From an uncultured Candidatus Poseidoniales archaeon (GTDB taxonomy: Archaea; Thermoplasmatota; Poseidoniia; Poseidoniales; Thalassarchaeaceae): 64,000 nt of DNA. This document shows positions 15,392 to 24,631 of the stretch, one piece after another. Every line of letters begins with the position of its first letter. Position 1 is the stretch's first letter. The notes below the pieces were generated by a model, which was given only the letters and a program-made list of their open reading frames with translations, was not told the origin of the DNA and did not search any database. The DNA lies in the NCBI GenBank assembly GCA_964342465.1, contig CAYFFQ010000004.1, positions 95,077 through 159,076 on the forward strand. Direction: 5' to 3'. The position numbers were made by a program, and so were the translations under genes.

Positions 15392-16294
15392 GTGCATGAC
15401 GGAAGCATCCTAATCGCCGGTGTCGGTGGTCTTGGCTGTCAATGGGCGAAGAGGGCACACGCTCGTTGCCTGGATTCATGCGACCTGCTTTTGGTCGATG
15501 GCGACGACGAGTCATTCGAAGATTCTAGGCACGCACACTGCCTACCACTTGGGGAAGTTAGTGGGGCTGGGTGCGCCGGCCTTCCCGAACTCGCCTCTTC
15601 GCACTTCAAACGAGCGACGGCAATCATGGACAAGATTCTCGCTCCTGTTGAACTTTTGATACTACTGACCGGCCTCGGCGGTGGAGTAGGCAGCGGAGTA
15701 TCGGCAGCCTTGGCAGCGCAAGGCAAGGAGTCAGGGGCGCTGGTGATTTCAATTGCATCAATTCCATTCGAAGACCATCCGACGAGGAGGGAGATTGCGC
15801 AACCGGCATTCAACAGATTGGCTCGCTCATCCGATGTCTGTGCCGAGTTATCCTTAGACAGATTGGCTTGGCAGGCGCGCAGCCGCGGTACAGACTGGGC
15901 CACTCACCCTTCTTGGGTCGAAGAATTGGTCGAGGGTCTTGTACTCACTCTAGGGCAGGTGGGAATAATCAATCTCGACTTGATGGACCTACGCTCGGTG
16001 GTTCGCCACGGTGGGTCTGCGACGATGGTCGTGGCTGAAGGTGATGCGAATGACCCCGACACCCTCTTCCTCAAGGCGCTCGCCGCCCCACTGGCATCGA
16101 TGGATGTGTTGGGAGCGAAGGGCTGCCTGCTGCAATTGGAGGGTGGCCGTCAGATGACCATCTATCAGATGGAGCAGGTGGCGAATACATTCACCCGTGG
16201 CCTTGCTGAGGATGCGCAGGTGATTCTCGGCTCTCGACATAGCGAAGGCTTGGAAGGGCGAATGAGAGTCGTTGCTGTTATGAGCGGCCTGTAG
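15392..16294 (+). CDS. FtsZ/tubulin-superfamily GTPase, short divergent FtsZ homologue (no C-terminal tail)
   Basis: ILIAGVGGLGCQWA (G1 region), GLGGGVGSG (tubulin signature variant of GGGTGSG), IPFEDHPTRR, GIINLDLMDLRSVV (T7-loop region) and GAKGCLLQLEGG...VVAVMSGL follow the FtsZ domain order. GTG start. Confidence 0.7.
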   Translation: MHDGSILIAGVGGLGCQWAKRAHARCLDSCDLLLVDGDDESFEDSRHAHCLPLGEVSGAGCAGLPELASSHFKRATAIMDKILAPVELLILLTGLGGGVGSGVSAALAAQGKESGALVISIASIPFEDHPTRREIAQPAFNRLARSSDVCAELSLDRLAWQARSRGTDWATHPSWVEELVEGLVLTLGQVGIINLDLMDLRSVVRHGGSATMVVAEGDANDPDTLFLKALAAPLASMDVLGAKGCLLQLEGGRQMTIYQMEQVANTFTRGLAEDAQVILGSRHSEGLEGRMRVVAVMSGL

Positions 16295-16297
16295 TTT

Positions 16298-17779
16298 TCA
16301 CCCGCCCGATGCACTAACCGCTTCATCTGTCGATGCAGCGCCGAGATGTTCACTGAAACTTTTCCTTCTTATCCGCACAGCGTGGGTGCTGAGAACACGT
16401 CGATGAAGAACCAGCACAGTGACAGCAGTCAAAGAATGACCGAACGCCATCGTCGTAGCTAGATTTCCTTCTCCAAGAGAACTCGTCAAGTGGGTGAGCA
16501 TGGCGATGCTGCCGGCATAGCCGAAACCGAATGAGAGCCCCCAGAACAGGGCGTTCTCAGAGGTGAACAAGCGCCCGCCTCCAGCAACATTTCGGCTGGC
16601 GAGAGACCAGATTGCCATCAGCACAGTCATCACCATCAGCACGAACTCCTCGATGAGCATTCCGAACGGCTCACCATCCCCGAAGAGGCGACGCCATGCC
16701 GAGGCGATGTGCCAAGTGACAAACAGTTGCGAAATCACAACCCATCTAGTAGCGAAGACCTTCCCTCCCGCAGTGCTGCTCAACTCGTTCATGTGTGATA
16801 GTGAATATCGAACCAACCCCACTTGGATGGCGAGGGAGATAATGATGAACACAACCCACTTTACTGTCACACTCACCCCCGCCTCGAACCCAGAACTGAA
16901 CCCATATCCTAGGAGCGTGGCGAGTATGCCGACGGCGACTAGTTGAGAAAAAATGGTAGATTTGTTTCCAGAAACTCTTTCCTGTGGATTCAAAGTTGAT
17001 TCCGCCTTGGACAGCCAAGAAGAAGTGCCGATGTTGAATGAAACACCTTGGCCTATAGACCAAGCAACGAAAAGGGTGGCCAACGCCAAGATGAGTGTTT
17101 CACCGATGCTTGGATTATCGCTTGATACTTTTACTATGAGATAACCGATTCCGAGGGTGAGGAGAAGAGGTATGCTCCACGACCTGACTGAATGGATAAT
17201 GACGGATTTCAACTTCGAGCCTGTATGTCTCTCCCCGATTCTGACCCATCTGTTGATGAATTGCCATCTTGCCATCACCGCTGTCACGGCATATCCAACG
17301 GAGAGTGAGATGAATCCGATGGCTGAGAAAGTAGCAAGAGAAGAACTGATTCGAGGTAACGAATAGAGAATTGATGAGAAGACCAACAGCAGAACGATGT
17401 GAGGAGCAGTCTTGAGGTCGAGCATCAATGCGAGTAATTCACCTAATCCGAATCGAGGCTCAGGTTCAATTTCGGTGGCCTCATCATCGGAAAGATTCGC
17501 TTCGGTTGATTCAGAATACTCTTCGTCTGAGGGAGAGTACTCCTCATCTCCACCAATTTCAATGACTGGCTCAGGCGATGTACCCTGCTCGTCGCCGCTT
17601 CCCTCTGCCCCGCTTGTAAGTGACACCTCACTTGATATCCCCTCACGCTCTGTTGAGGTGAAATCCACAGTATCTCCTGAATCTTCATCAGTATGAGATT
17701 TCTTGGCGACGGACTCGTCAAAAGGAGAATCCAATTCGCCGACGAGTTCAACATCATCGTCACCACTTTCTGATTGCAC
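16298..17779 (-). CDS. Polytopic membrane protein with long acidic N-terminal region, unknown function
   Basis: 493 aa. The first ~110 aa are D/E/S-rich, followed by about 10 hydrophobic segments. No motif recognised. Confidence 0.5.
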   Translation of the reverse strand: MQSESGDDDVELVGELDSPFDESVAKKSHTDEDSGDTVDFTSTEREGISSEVSLTSGAEGSGDEQGTSPEPVIEIGGDEEYSPSDEEYSESTEANLSDDEATEIEPEPRFGLGELLALMLDLKTAPHIVLLLVFSSILYSLPRISSSLATFSAIGFISLSVGYAVTAVMARWQFINRWVRIGERHTGSKLKSVIIHSVRSWSIPLLLTLGIGYLIVKVSSDNPSIGETLILALATLFVAWSIGQGVSFNIGTSSWLSKAESTLNPQERVSGNKSTIFSQLVAVGILATLLGYGFSSGFEAGVSVTVKWVVFIIISLAIQVGLVRYSLSHMNELSSTAGGKVFATRWVVISQLFVTWHIASAWRRLFGDGEPFGMLIEEFVLMVMTVLMAIWSLASRNVAGGGRLFTSENALFWGLSFGFGYAGSIAMLTHLTSSLGEGNLATTMAFGHSLTAVTVLVLHRRVLSTHAVRIRRKSFSEHLGAASTDEAVSASGG

Positions 17780-18136
17780 GAACCGGTGAGGTGGGTCATC
17801 ACCATTAAGTCCGATGGGCCGTCGGCAGATGTGGCTCGGTTATCTAAGGCGAAGCGTGGGAAGCGGCGCTGGGTCGGCCTCTCGATTCCGGATTCAATCT
17901 CAACCCGCGCCGACCTCAGAAAAGCATTGTCTCATTCCGAACTCTTCGGAGACGATTGGAAACTCGCAGATTTTTCACAAGGGAAAGCGATAGTCAGGAT
18001 ATCACTTTCGGCCTACAATACTCAGAAAGAGGAATTGATGCGAGGATTCGACGGCATCAAATCCCTTACAGCCTCAGGAAAAATCAGGTTGGTCAGGGAG
18101 AGACTGGGGTTGGAGAAACCACCACGCAGGAAGTAA
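17774..18136 (+). CDS. Probable RNase P protein component 2 (Pop5/Rpp14 family)
   Basis: AKRGKRRWVGLSI (matches the R..KRYI.F pattern of Pop5 N-termini), and the C-terminal IKSLTASGKIRLVRERLG resembles the SGTI+.a+ ending. ORF bounds are from the track (TTG). A GTG at 17786 or 17831 is a more likely true start. Confidence 0.5.
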   Translation: MHEPVRWVITIKSDGPSADVARLSKAKRGKRRWVGLSIPDSISTRADLRKALSHSELFGDDWKLADFSQGKAIVRISLSAYNTQKEELMRGFDGIKSLTASGKIRLVRERLGLEKPPRRK

Positions 18137-18254
18137 TTCGTCGCCCGAAGACGGACTTCACACTGGCGAAGTAGTCGGGGAAGGGGAAACCACGACGATG
18201 GAAGTACTTCGAGGAGAGGCAGAGAAATCAGTATAGACTGATTTAGCAATCGGC

Positions 18255-20828
18255 TCAATGTTTGCCAGCCCAAGAATCTTCGACTGATAGAGCTCTGTTC
18301 TTCAGAGGGATAATCTTGCGATATACTTCAGAAGGCTCGCATACCCTACCGCTGACAGTCAGTAGACGCTTCAGTGGTATGCCGAAATGTGCCTCGTTTT
18401 CCAACAAGAGAGGTTCGATAACGCGCCAATCTGCCTCACTCAATCCGACAAACTCTGCACCATTGAGTTGTGACTCCGAGAGTATCTCGTAGGGGTCACG
18501 AACATAGATGGCTCCACCACTCGAAAGCGAGAAGAGGTTGCCGCCTGGATATGGTGTGGAAAGTTCCTCCAATTGGCCATCTCTCGTGTATCTCATGCCG
18601 TTGATGATGACAAACCCACCCCCCTCTAGAGGGTTGCCGGCCATGAACGACTCGGCGAGATAGTCAAGAGCGGTGCCGTTGATAACCAGTTTCGGACTCC
18701 CCACCGAGTTTATCATCGGCCTTCCCGCAGCGTTTCCCAAAACGAAGAGGTGCCCCCCCTTCGCCCCATAACCATAACACTGCCCTACATCGCCGTGGAC
18801 CACTAGTGTCCCTCGCTTGTGGATCTGCCCGATTTGGTCCTGTCCGTTGCCATGCATGTGTATGGTCATTCCGTCGCTGCCACTACCGAGGTAGTCGCCG
18901 ACGCTGCCGTAGACATCTATTCGCACAGATTCACTTTCCATTCCAAATCCGTTCCCGATGAATCTGTGGCCGCGACAATGAATCACGGTGAACTTCTTCC
19001 AGCCGGCACGATAGAGGGCTACCAACTCTCTTGCTAGTGACTCGGTTCCTTCGATGGGGAATAGCCGCGCATCCACGATGATGCTTTGCCCAAGGTTTTC
19101 GGGGGTTGGCAAATGGCCTGTGGACTTCTGCCTATGGAAATGTTCACACTCACGCTGTCCCACATGCCCAAAGATGGACATGATGCTGTCTTCGACAAGG
19201 TCGTCCCAACGGCTTCGCCGCTTGTCACCGATGTCGTAGTGGCGGTCGAGCAGAAGTGTAAGGAGTTCGACCGCCTCCTTTCGGGATTTTTCCGCCCCAT
19301 AGGTAGATATTTCACTCAACAGGCATCTCGCTGCAGCCCAATCAAGATTGGAGATGGTGTCGCTGACGCTACTGAACATCTCCTCGGCGGACCACGATTG
19401 AGGCCAGTAAAATCCAGATGTCATGGCCGCATCTACTATTCTGAAATCACCCTCTGGATGTGTGTCCACAACATCGCCGAATTTGTTGGTCATCTCCAAT
19501 TGATAGGAACCATCGCCCTCTGGTGCGACATTGAAGATGAACGAACCACCATCGGTGTATGAACCACCCCGTGCGTTCCAATACTCGTCGCATCGTCGCC
19601 AGAATCGTTTGTCCTCAGAACTGAGGCTTTCAAGAACTGCATCGATGACCTGCTTCTCAGAACCGCAGAAAGCGATGCCAACCTCTCCCCTCTGGTAGGA
19701 GAAAACCTGCGGCCTGAGCATGCTCGTATCGGTGATGCCAATGAGTTGGTGCGCAGGTCCATCGGATTTTGCGATGATGAAAAACCAAGGTCCGTCAGGG
19801 GAGCCGTGGATGTGGGTCTTCTGAATCGCCTCATAGATTTCCTGTTTCTCGTCGGAAAGCATGACGAAATCCAACTCGCCCGTCGGTGCCAGTGATTCAA
19901 TGACGTATTCAATCGGATAACCATAGACGCGAGAGTGCAGGTCGAATCCGAGAGCGGCGACCTCGGTGTCTGTGAAGAAGAGAGGTTCCATGTTTCTCTG
20001 GGCGAGATAATCCTTCACCGAGACGTAGTTGGAGAAGTCCCCATTGTGTACCAGTGCGACATCCACACCCTGTCCAAATGGGTGCGCCCCGCCGGGGTGA
20101 GTAACCCTCCCACGTGTGGGGTAGCGATGGTGGCCTATCCAGACATGTGCAGTCAAGTCATCCATTCTATAGTATCTGATGACATCTTCAGCGTAGCCGA
20201 CTATCTTGAGAATGAGCATATCCATGCCGTGGCTGAGGACGAATGCATCCGCACGCTGATTCTCGGCATAGAACTCGACATTGAGTCGATGCGTATTTTG
20301 AAAGACCATCTCATCCCACATTGCCTTCTTGTCGGCGAAGTCGGATTCCACCAAGCCACCTGCGGCGAGAAACTCTGCCACTGCGGCCGGTTTAGGGCGG
20401 ATGAAATAACAGACAACATTCGGTGGCCTCACCTCGAGATTAGGCAATGACTTCCAATCATCGAGAATCGGAACTTCGTGGATATGGTCTACATCGAAGT
20501 TACATTGAATGTACTTCTCCTCGACATCACCTCTGACCGAGTCGTCCAAGTAAGCAATTGCATACAAGTAATCATTCTTCAGTGTTTCAGGACTCACTCC
20601 GAACTGAGTTTCATCCAGCCCGACGAGAGCTACGCCGCCCCCTTTTCCGTTTCCACGGTTCCTCATCTGCTCGAGGGATTTTATCAGGTGTCGGCCGGCG
20701 ATGGGGACTTCCGATGCCAATCCGACGACGCCACAGCCGCCCTCAGCGGCATCGTCGTCATTCATCTTAACCGAAGCAAGAGTTTCGTTCATCATTCGCC
20801 GTGAATTCAGAATCGCATTTGGGTCCAT
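18255..20828 (-). CDS. Glutamate-synthase-like protein: class-II glutamine amidotransferase domain + unknown middle region + GXGXG (GltB C-terminal) domain
   Basis: N-terminal ...AAEGGCGVVGLAS (Ntn Cys after a ~31 aa propeptide) with RGNGKGGGVAL. The C-terminus has IGNGFGMES...VYGSVGDYLGSGSDGMTIHMHGNGQDQIG...VVHGDVGQCYGYGAKGGHLFVLGNAAGRPMI, the repeated GXGXG beta-helix. Confidence 0.7.
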   Translation of the reverse strand: MDPNAILNSRRMMNETLASVKMNDDDAAEGGCGVVGLASEVPIAGRHLIKSLEQMRNRGNGKGGGVALVGLDETQFGVSPETLKNDYLYAIAYLDDSVRGDVEEKYIQCNFDVDHIHEVPILDDWKSLPNLEVRPPNVVCYFIRPKPAAVAEFLAAGGLVESDFADKKAMWDEMVFQNTHRLNVEFYAENQRADAFVLSHGMDMLILKIVGYAEDVIRYYRMDDLTAHVWIGHHRYPTRGRVTHPGGAHPFGQGVDVALVHNGDFSNYVSVKDYLAQRNMEPLFFTDTEVAALGFDLHSRVYGYPIEYVIESLAPTGELDFVMLSDEKQEIYEAIQKTHIHGSPDGPWFFIIAKSDGPAHQLIGITDTSMLRPQVFSYQRGEVGIAFCGSEKQVIDAVLESLSSEDKRFWRRCDEYWNARGGSYTDGGSFIFNVAPEGDGSYQLEMTNKFGDVVDTHPEGDFRIVDAAMTSGFYWPQSWSAEEMFSSVSDTISNLDWAAARCLLSEISTYGAEKSRKEAVELLTLLLDRHYDIGDKRRSRWDDLVEDSIMSIFGHVGQRECEHFHRQKSTGHLPTPENLGQSIIVDARLFPIEGTESLARELVALYRAGWKKFTVIHCRGHRFIGNGFGMESESVRIDVYGSVGDYLGSGSDGMTIHMHGNGQDQIGQIHKRGTLVVHGDVGQCYGYGAKGGHLFVLGNAAGRPMINSVGSPKLVINGTALDYLAESFMAGNPLEGGGFVIINGMRYTRDGQLEELSTPYPGGNLFSLSSGGAIYVRDPYEILSESQLNGAEFVGLSEADWRVIEPLLLENEAHFGIPLKRLLTVSGRVCEPSEVYRKIIPLKNRALSVEDSWAGKH

Positions 20829-22154
20829 TCATTCACCTCCCCCGTAATAAAGAAGGTCAGTTCTTCCCACCAACTCCTTGACATTCTTGAGACCGAGTTT
20901 TCTGAGGATCTCTCGCAACCTTGATTGAACCGCCGTGTAGTAGTTGTCCAACCGCTTCACGGCCCACTCCAATTGCACCCACTCCTGCAGTTCGATGTCA
21001 GTCGTAGTCAGTCCCCAAGGGCACCCCCTACCTGATGGGCCGCCCTCGCAGTTGGAGCAGCGCGTACATCCAAGTGCCACCAAGTCACTGGTGCCAAGAA
21101 CCACTCCGTCCGCCCCGAGGGCAATCGCCTTGGCGATATCATCAGCGGTCCTGATTCCACCAGAAGCGATGAGGGTAACCTCGTCACGGACGCCCTCACT
21201 GATGAGGAACTTGTGAACTTTCGGAATCGCCAATTCTATTGGCATGGCTATATTCTTCTTCGCTATCTCTGGGGCGGCACCGGTCCCACCGAATCCACCA
21301 TCGAGATGAATGATGTGAGCGCCGGCATAATAGGAACCGACTGCCACCATGTCGACATCGTGCGGTGTTGATACCTTGACTGCAATCAGTGCATTCGGAT
21401 TGACCGTCTGAATCCAATCAATGTGCTTTGAGTGGTCTTCCACAGAATAGGTGGAATGGAATGGAAATGGGCTGAACAGACTGACAAAGGGAACCGAGCC
21501 GCGCATCTTGGCGACCTCTTCTCCAGCCTTGCTGGCGAGCAGGTGGCCTCCCAATCCCGGTTTGGCGCCCTGTGCGTACTTGAACTCCACAATCGGTGCT
21601 GCCTGAATGGCCCTCTCCTCGACACCGAAGTAGCCGGTAGCGACCTGAGTAATGACATGCTCCTTGCATTCATAGAGCTGTTCGGGATAACCCCCTTCAC
21701 CTGTTGACATGTAGGTGCCCCAATTCTTGGCGTGGCGAGCACGGGCTAACATGATGTTCACCGAGACAGAGCCGTACGACATTCCTCCTCCGTAGATGGG
21801 TATGGGTATTTCGAGTGTTTTCCTCTCATCACCTCGGCGGTTGAGTGTGATGCTGGTGTCAATGGTCTCATCTTCAGGTACCCAATTGACCTCATCGCTC
21901 ATCTTGAATGAGAGCCTGTCAAAGCCGCCGTCGCTATCTCCCGTCTTGAAATTGAGATGGTCGGGCATTTTTCCAGTGGATGCCATGTACCAGGTTGAAA
22001 GAATCAATTCGTCCGTCCAGCGAGCATCTCCGAGTGCGGGCGGTATCTCGAATTTCCCGAATGCACGAGCATCCATGCCACCATGCATCAGGTGGGTTGT
22101 GCTTTCAATCAGAGTCGCACTCGGTCTGACAGGTTCCTTGTTCATCGCCATCAT
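20829..22154 (-). CDS. Glutamate synthase FMN-binding (GltB domain 3-like) protein
   Basis: PIYGGGMSYGSVS, MSTGEGGYP, KYAQGAKPGLGGHLL, SPFPFHSTYSVEDH and LDGGFGGTGAAP are the hallmark motifs of the Glu_synthase FMN domain. A C-terminal Cys cluster CTRCSNCEGG...GCPWG is present. Confidence 0.8.
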   Translation of the reverse strand: MMAMNKEPVRPSATLIESTTHLMHGGMDARAFGKFEIPPALGDARWTDELILSTWYMASTGKMPDHLNFKTGDSDGGFDRLSFKMSDEVNWVPEDETIDTSITLNRRGDERKTLEIPIPIYGGGMSYGSVSVNIMLARARHAKNWGTYMSTGEGGYPEQLYECKEHVITQVATGYFGVEERAIQAAPIVEFKYAQGAKPGLGGHLLASKAGEEVAKMRGSVPFVSLFSPFPFHSTYSVEDHSKHIDWIQTVNPNALIAVKVSTPHDVDMVAVGSYYAGAHIIHLDGGFGGTGAAPEIAKKNIAMPIELAIPKVHKFLISEGVRDEVTLIASGGIRTADDIAKAIALGADGVVLGTSDLVALGCTRCSNCEGGPSGRGCPWGLTTTDIELQEWVQLEWAVKRLDNYYTAVQSRLREILRKLGLKNVKELVGRTDLLYYGGGE

Positions 22155-23692
22155 TCACCACTCCTCTGATATCCTTCGATGTCACCGAAAGCTTCTGCTT
22201 CGAGATGTGAACACCACATGGCTCGTCCGGTTTCTCCGCGGAGGCGACGCACTTCACGGATGCCCATGGCACCGAGAATTTCCAACAATTGGTCTCGCCA
22301 CGAACAAGAGAGATTGACCATTCTCTGCGTCGCCCAATCGCTCTCCATGTTTCTCGGCAACTTGGCTTTGTATCCCTGCCTTGATGAGATGTCTCCAGAC
22401 AGTCTCGCTTGTATCGCTACCAGTAGAGGGAGGTCAAGGGCCACCGCGTCCAATCCGCAGATGATGGCCTTAGGCAAGTGGTCGGCGGCGACAACGCCGC
22501 CGCTGTTCATCAGAGTGATTTTATCCCTCACACCGGCATCCAAGAGTGATTGGTGCGCTTCGAGCATGTTCTCCATCACGAATTTGCCACCGGCCATGCC
22601 GTGATTGTCAGAGATGAAGTGAATGACTGGTACACCAACTTCCACCATCTCTTGTAGACTGCTTCGCCAATTGGAATCAAAAGAGATGCGGACTCCTACT
22701 AGCAGGTCTGCGTCGCCACTCGCAGCGGCATCGTAGGCTGCTCGCTCCCAGCCATCGATTTCAACCATCCTTGTGCCGTTTCCGAATCGTCCGGCTGATG
22801 CCGCCTCGCCGAGCGGTAGAACAGGCACGACCGACGGGCCGGCCAATCGCTGTTTCCGTACCATCTCCGCCGGCAGCAGCGCTAGCGAGTCGATACGCTT
22901 CGCACAATCCGCCCACACCTCTGCCAATTGTGGGGTGAAGGCGGTCAGAGCGGGTGTATCAAGAATAAAAGGCACCTGAATCGTCATCATTTTCGGCCCT
23001 TGGCTGACGAGACCGCCTTCGCTGTCGAACCTAAGCGACATCGGTTTGCTACCGATGTCAACGACAGTGCTTATCAATTCGCGGCCATGTATTCCATCTC
23101 GGCTCGGCCGAACGATCTCCGACATGTCGGTAAACATTCCATCCCACCCACTGCCGCCGAAACGGCCGCGGTAACCTTGGCCTCGTACGGGCACACAACC
23201 CTTGCGCGCTTCTTCGTCGATGGTCGAGATAATCTTCTGGTTCATGTACGAATCACCGAGCGATAGTCTGGCAGGATTGGGGGTTATCTTGACGAACTCT
23301 GGGTGTTGAATGGTGCACCTCAGACACCCTACACACTTCTCTGGTTGGGGGGCGAATCCCCCGACTGGTCCAGAGAAGACACCGTATGTGCAGGGGCGTG
23401 AGAAAACGACATCCCATTGGCCGAAGTAGGTGAATGACTCCTTGAGAATCAATTTTGCGAGGCCGAATTTCCCGACCTTGACTAGGTAGCGGTTGGGGAG
23501 TGGTTGCTTGTCAGCGACCTCAAATGCATCGATGTGGTATCTGTGGTATTCTGAGGCCCTCTCTCGCGACTGCCGAGCAAACTCAGAGAAATCCAAGGAA
23601 TTCTTCTTTCCGCTCATCACCTCTTCCCCTTCAGATTCGCTCAGCAGTTGCATTGACCGCCCCCCATAGGGGGCGCTGGGAGCGCGCCCCAT
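22151..23692 (-). CDS. Glutamate-synthase-related protein (degenerate FMN/TIM-barrel-like paralogue with N-terminal Cys motif)
   Basis: CVGCLRC motif. GSGWDGMFTDMSEIVRPSRDGIHGRELISTVVDIGSKP resembles the entry region of the Glu_synthase domain, but the GEGG motif is absent. The stop overlaps the next gene start (ATGA at 22151-22154). The true start may be an internal Met (MQLLSE or MSGKKN). Confidence 0.5.
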   Translation of the reverse strand: MGRAPSAPYGGRSMQLLSESEGEEVMSGKKNSLDFSEFARQSRERASEYHRYHIDAFEVADKQPLPNRYLVKVGKFGLAKLILKESFTYFGQWDVVFSRPCTYGVFSGPVGGFAPQPEKCVGCLRCTIQHPEFVKITPNPARLSLGDSYMNQKIISTIDEEARKGCVPVRGQGYRGRFGGSGWDGMFTDMSEIVRPSRDGIHGRELISTVVDIGSKPMSLRFDSEGGLVSQGPKMMTIQVPFILDTPALTAFTPQLAEVWADCAKRIDSLALLPAEMVRKQRLAGPSVVPVLPLGEAASAGRFGNGTRMVEIDGWERAAYDAAASGDADLLVGVRISFDSNWRSSLQEMVEVGVPVIHFISDNHGMAGGKFVMENMLEAHQSLLDAGVRDKITLMNSGGVVAADHLPKAIICGLDAVALDLPLLVAIQARLSGDISSRQGYKAKLPRNMESDWATQRMVNLSCSWRDQLLEILGAMGIREVRRLRGETGRAMWCSHLEAEAFGDIEGYQRSGE

Positions 23693-23918
23693 CTTTAATC
23701 ATTGAGTAAGGGGCGTTCAATAATTTAACTCAACTTTGCTCAAACGAGCATTTATTGTGGGTTTGACCATTCATCCGTTCAAAAAACTGCTATTTCGCCT
23801 ATACATTGAGAGAAGTCCGAGCCAGCCTTGAAAACGCTTCTCCGCAGTTGGATATTTGCTTTCTGAGGGGGCGGCTCCAAGGGCGATATTCATGACATGA
23901 ACACTTCTCGGGTTAGTT

Positions 23919-24452
23919 ATGGCGGGTGGCGGCGAGGGTGCGAAGGTGGAGATTCACGACCTCGCCATCATCGTCGGGGCGATAGGTCTGATTGGAGCCA
24001 TCATCATCGCCTTCTTCGCATTACCTCTGACGGTCGACCTCGGTTCTTCTTCCTCGACAGAGGAGGTGAGGACTCTTTCTCTCGGTCAATTGGGTTCCAA
24101 TGACGAGGTGGTGGTCGCTGCCACCCCTCTCTGTGTGGATAACCAAACCTGCCACATTTCCAATCTCAGACTGATTGACGAGAGCGGCGGAGAGGTGGTT
24201 TCGCAGAGTGATCTCGAGGTTGCCGAGGATGGCTCACTCTCTACCACGCTCTCGGCTCAGGATGGTGGTGCAGTCACGGTCGAGGTGTCGGGTGTTGGCG
24301 TTTGGGAGTTGTCCATCACGGCGCAGAGGCAGATACCCATCCACTTCCTGCCTTCACTCTTCTCCCTACTCATACTTGTTTGGGGTGTTTGGCGCAAAAC
24401 GCAGGAAACCGCTGACCGAGATATTGATGATGTTGTCGATTCGGCAGATTGA
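23919..24452 (+). CDS. N-terminally anchored exported protein, unknown function
   Basis: 177 aa with an N-terminal TM (LAIIVGAIGLIGAIIIAFFALPL), a hydrophilic S/T/V-rich middle and a second C-terminal hydrophobic helix (LPSLFSLLILVWGVW). Confidence 0.45.
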   Translation: MAGGGEGAKVEIHDLAIIVGAIGLIGAIIIAFFALPLTVDLGSSSSTEEVRTLSLGQLGSNDEVVVAATPLCVDNQTCHISNLRLIDESGGEVVSQSDLEVAEDGSLSTTLSAQDGGAVTVEVSGVGVWELSITAQRQIPIHFLPSLFSLLILVWGVWRKTQETADRDIDDVVDSAD

Positions 24453-24631
24453 CTTCTGCACAGAAGGGATAGGTTCGGAGTTCAAGGGCAGATTGTCGGG
24501 TTGGGGAGGTTCGCTTGCCCAGTGGACAACTCGGATGCCTTCCCTGCCGGCACTTCCATCGTCGCGCTGAGATTAACTCCTGCCGAGGATAATCGGCTCC
24601 GTTCAGAGTTGTGGAAGTTAGAGCCCCCCTC

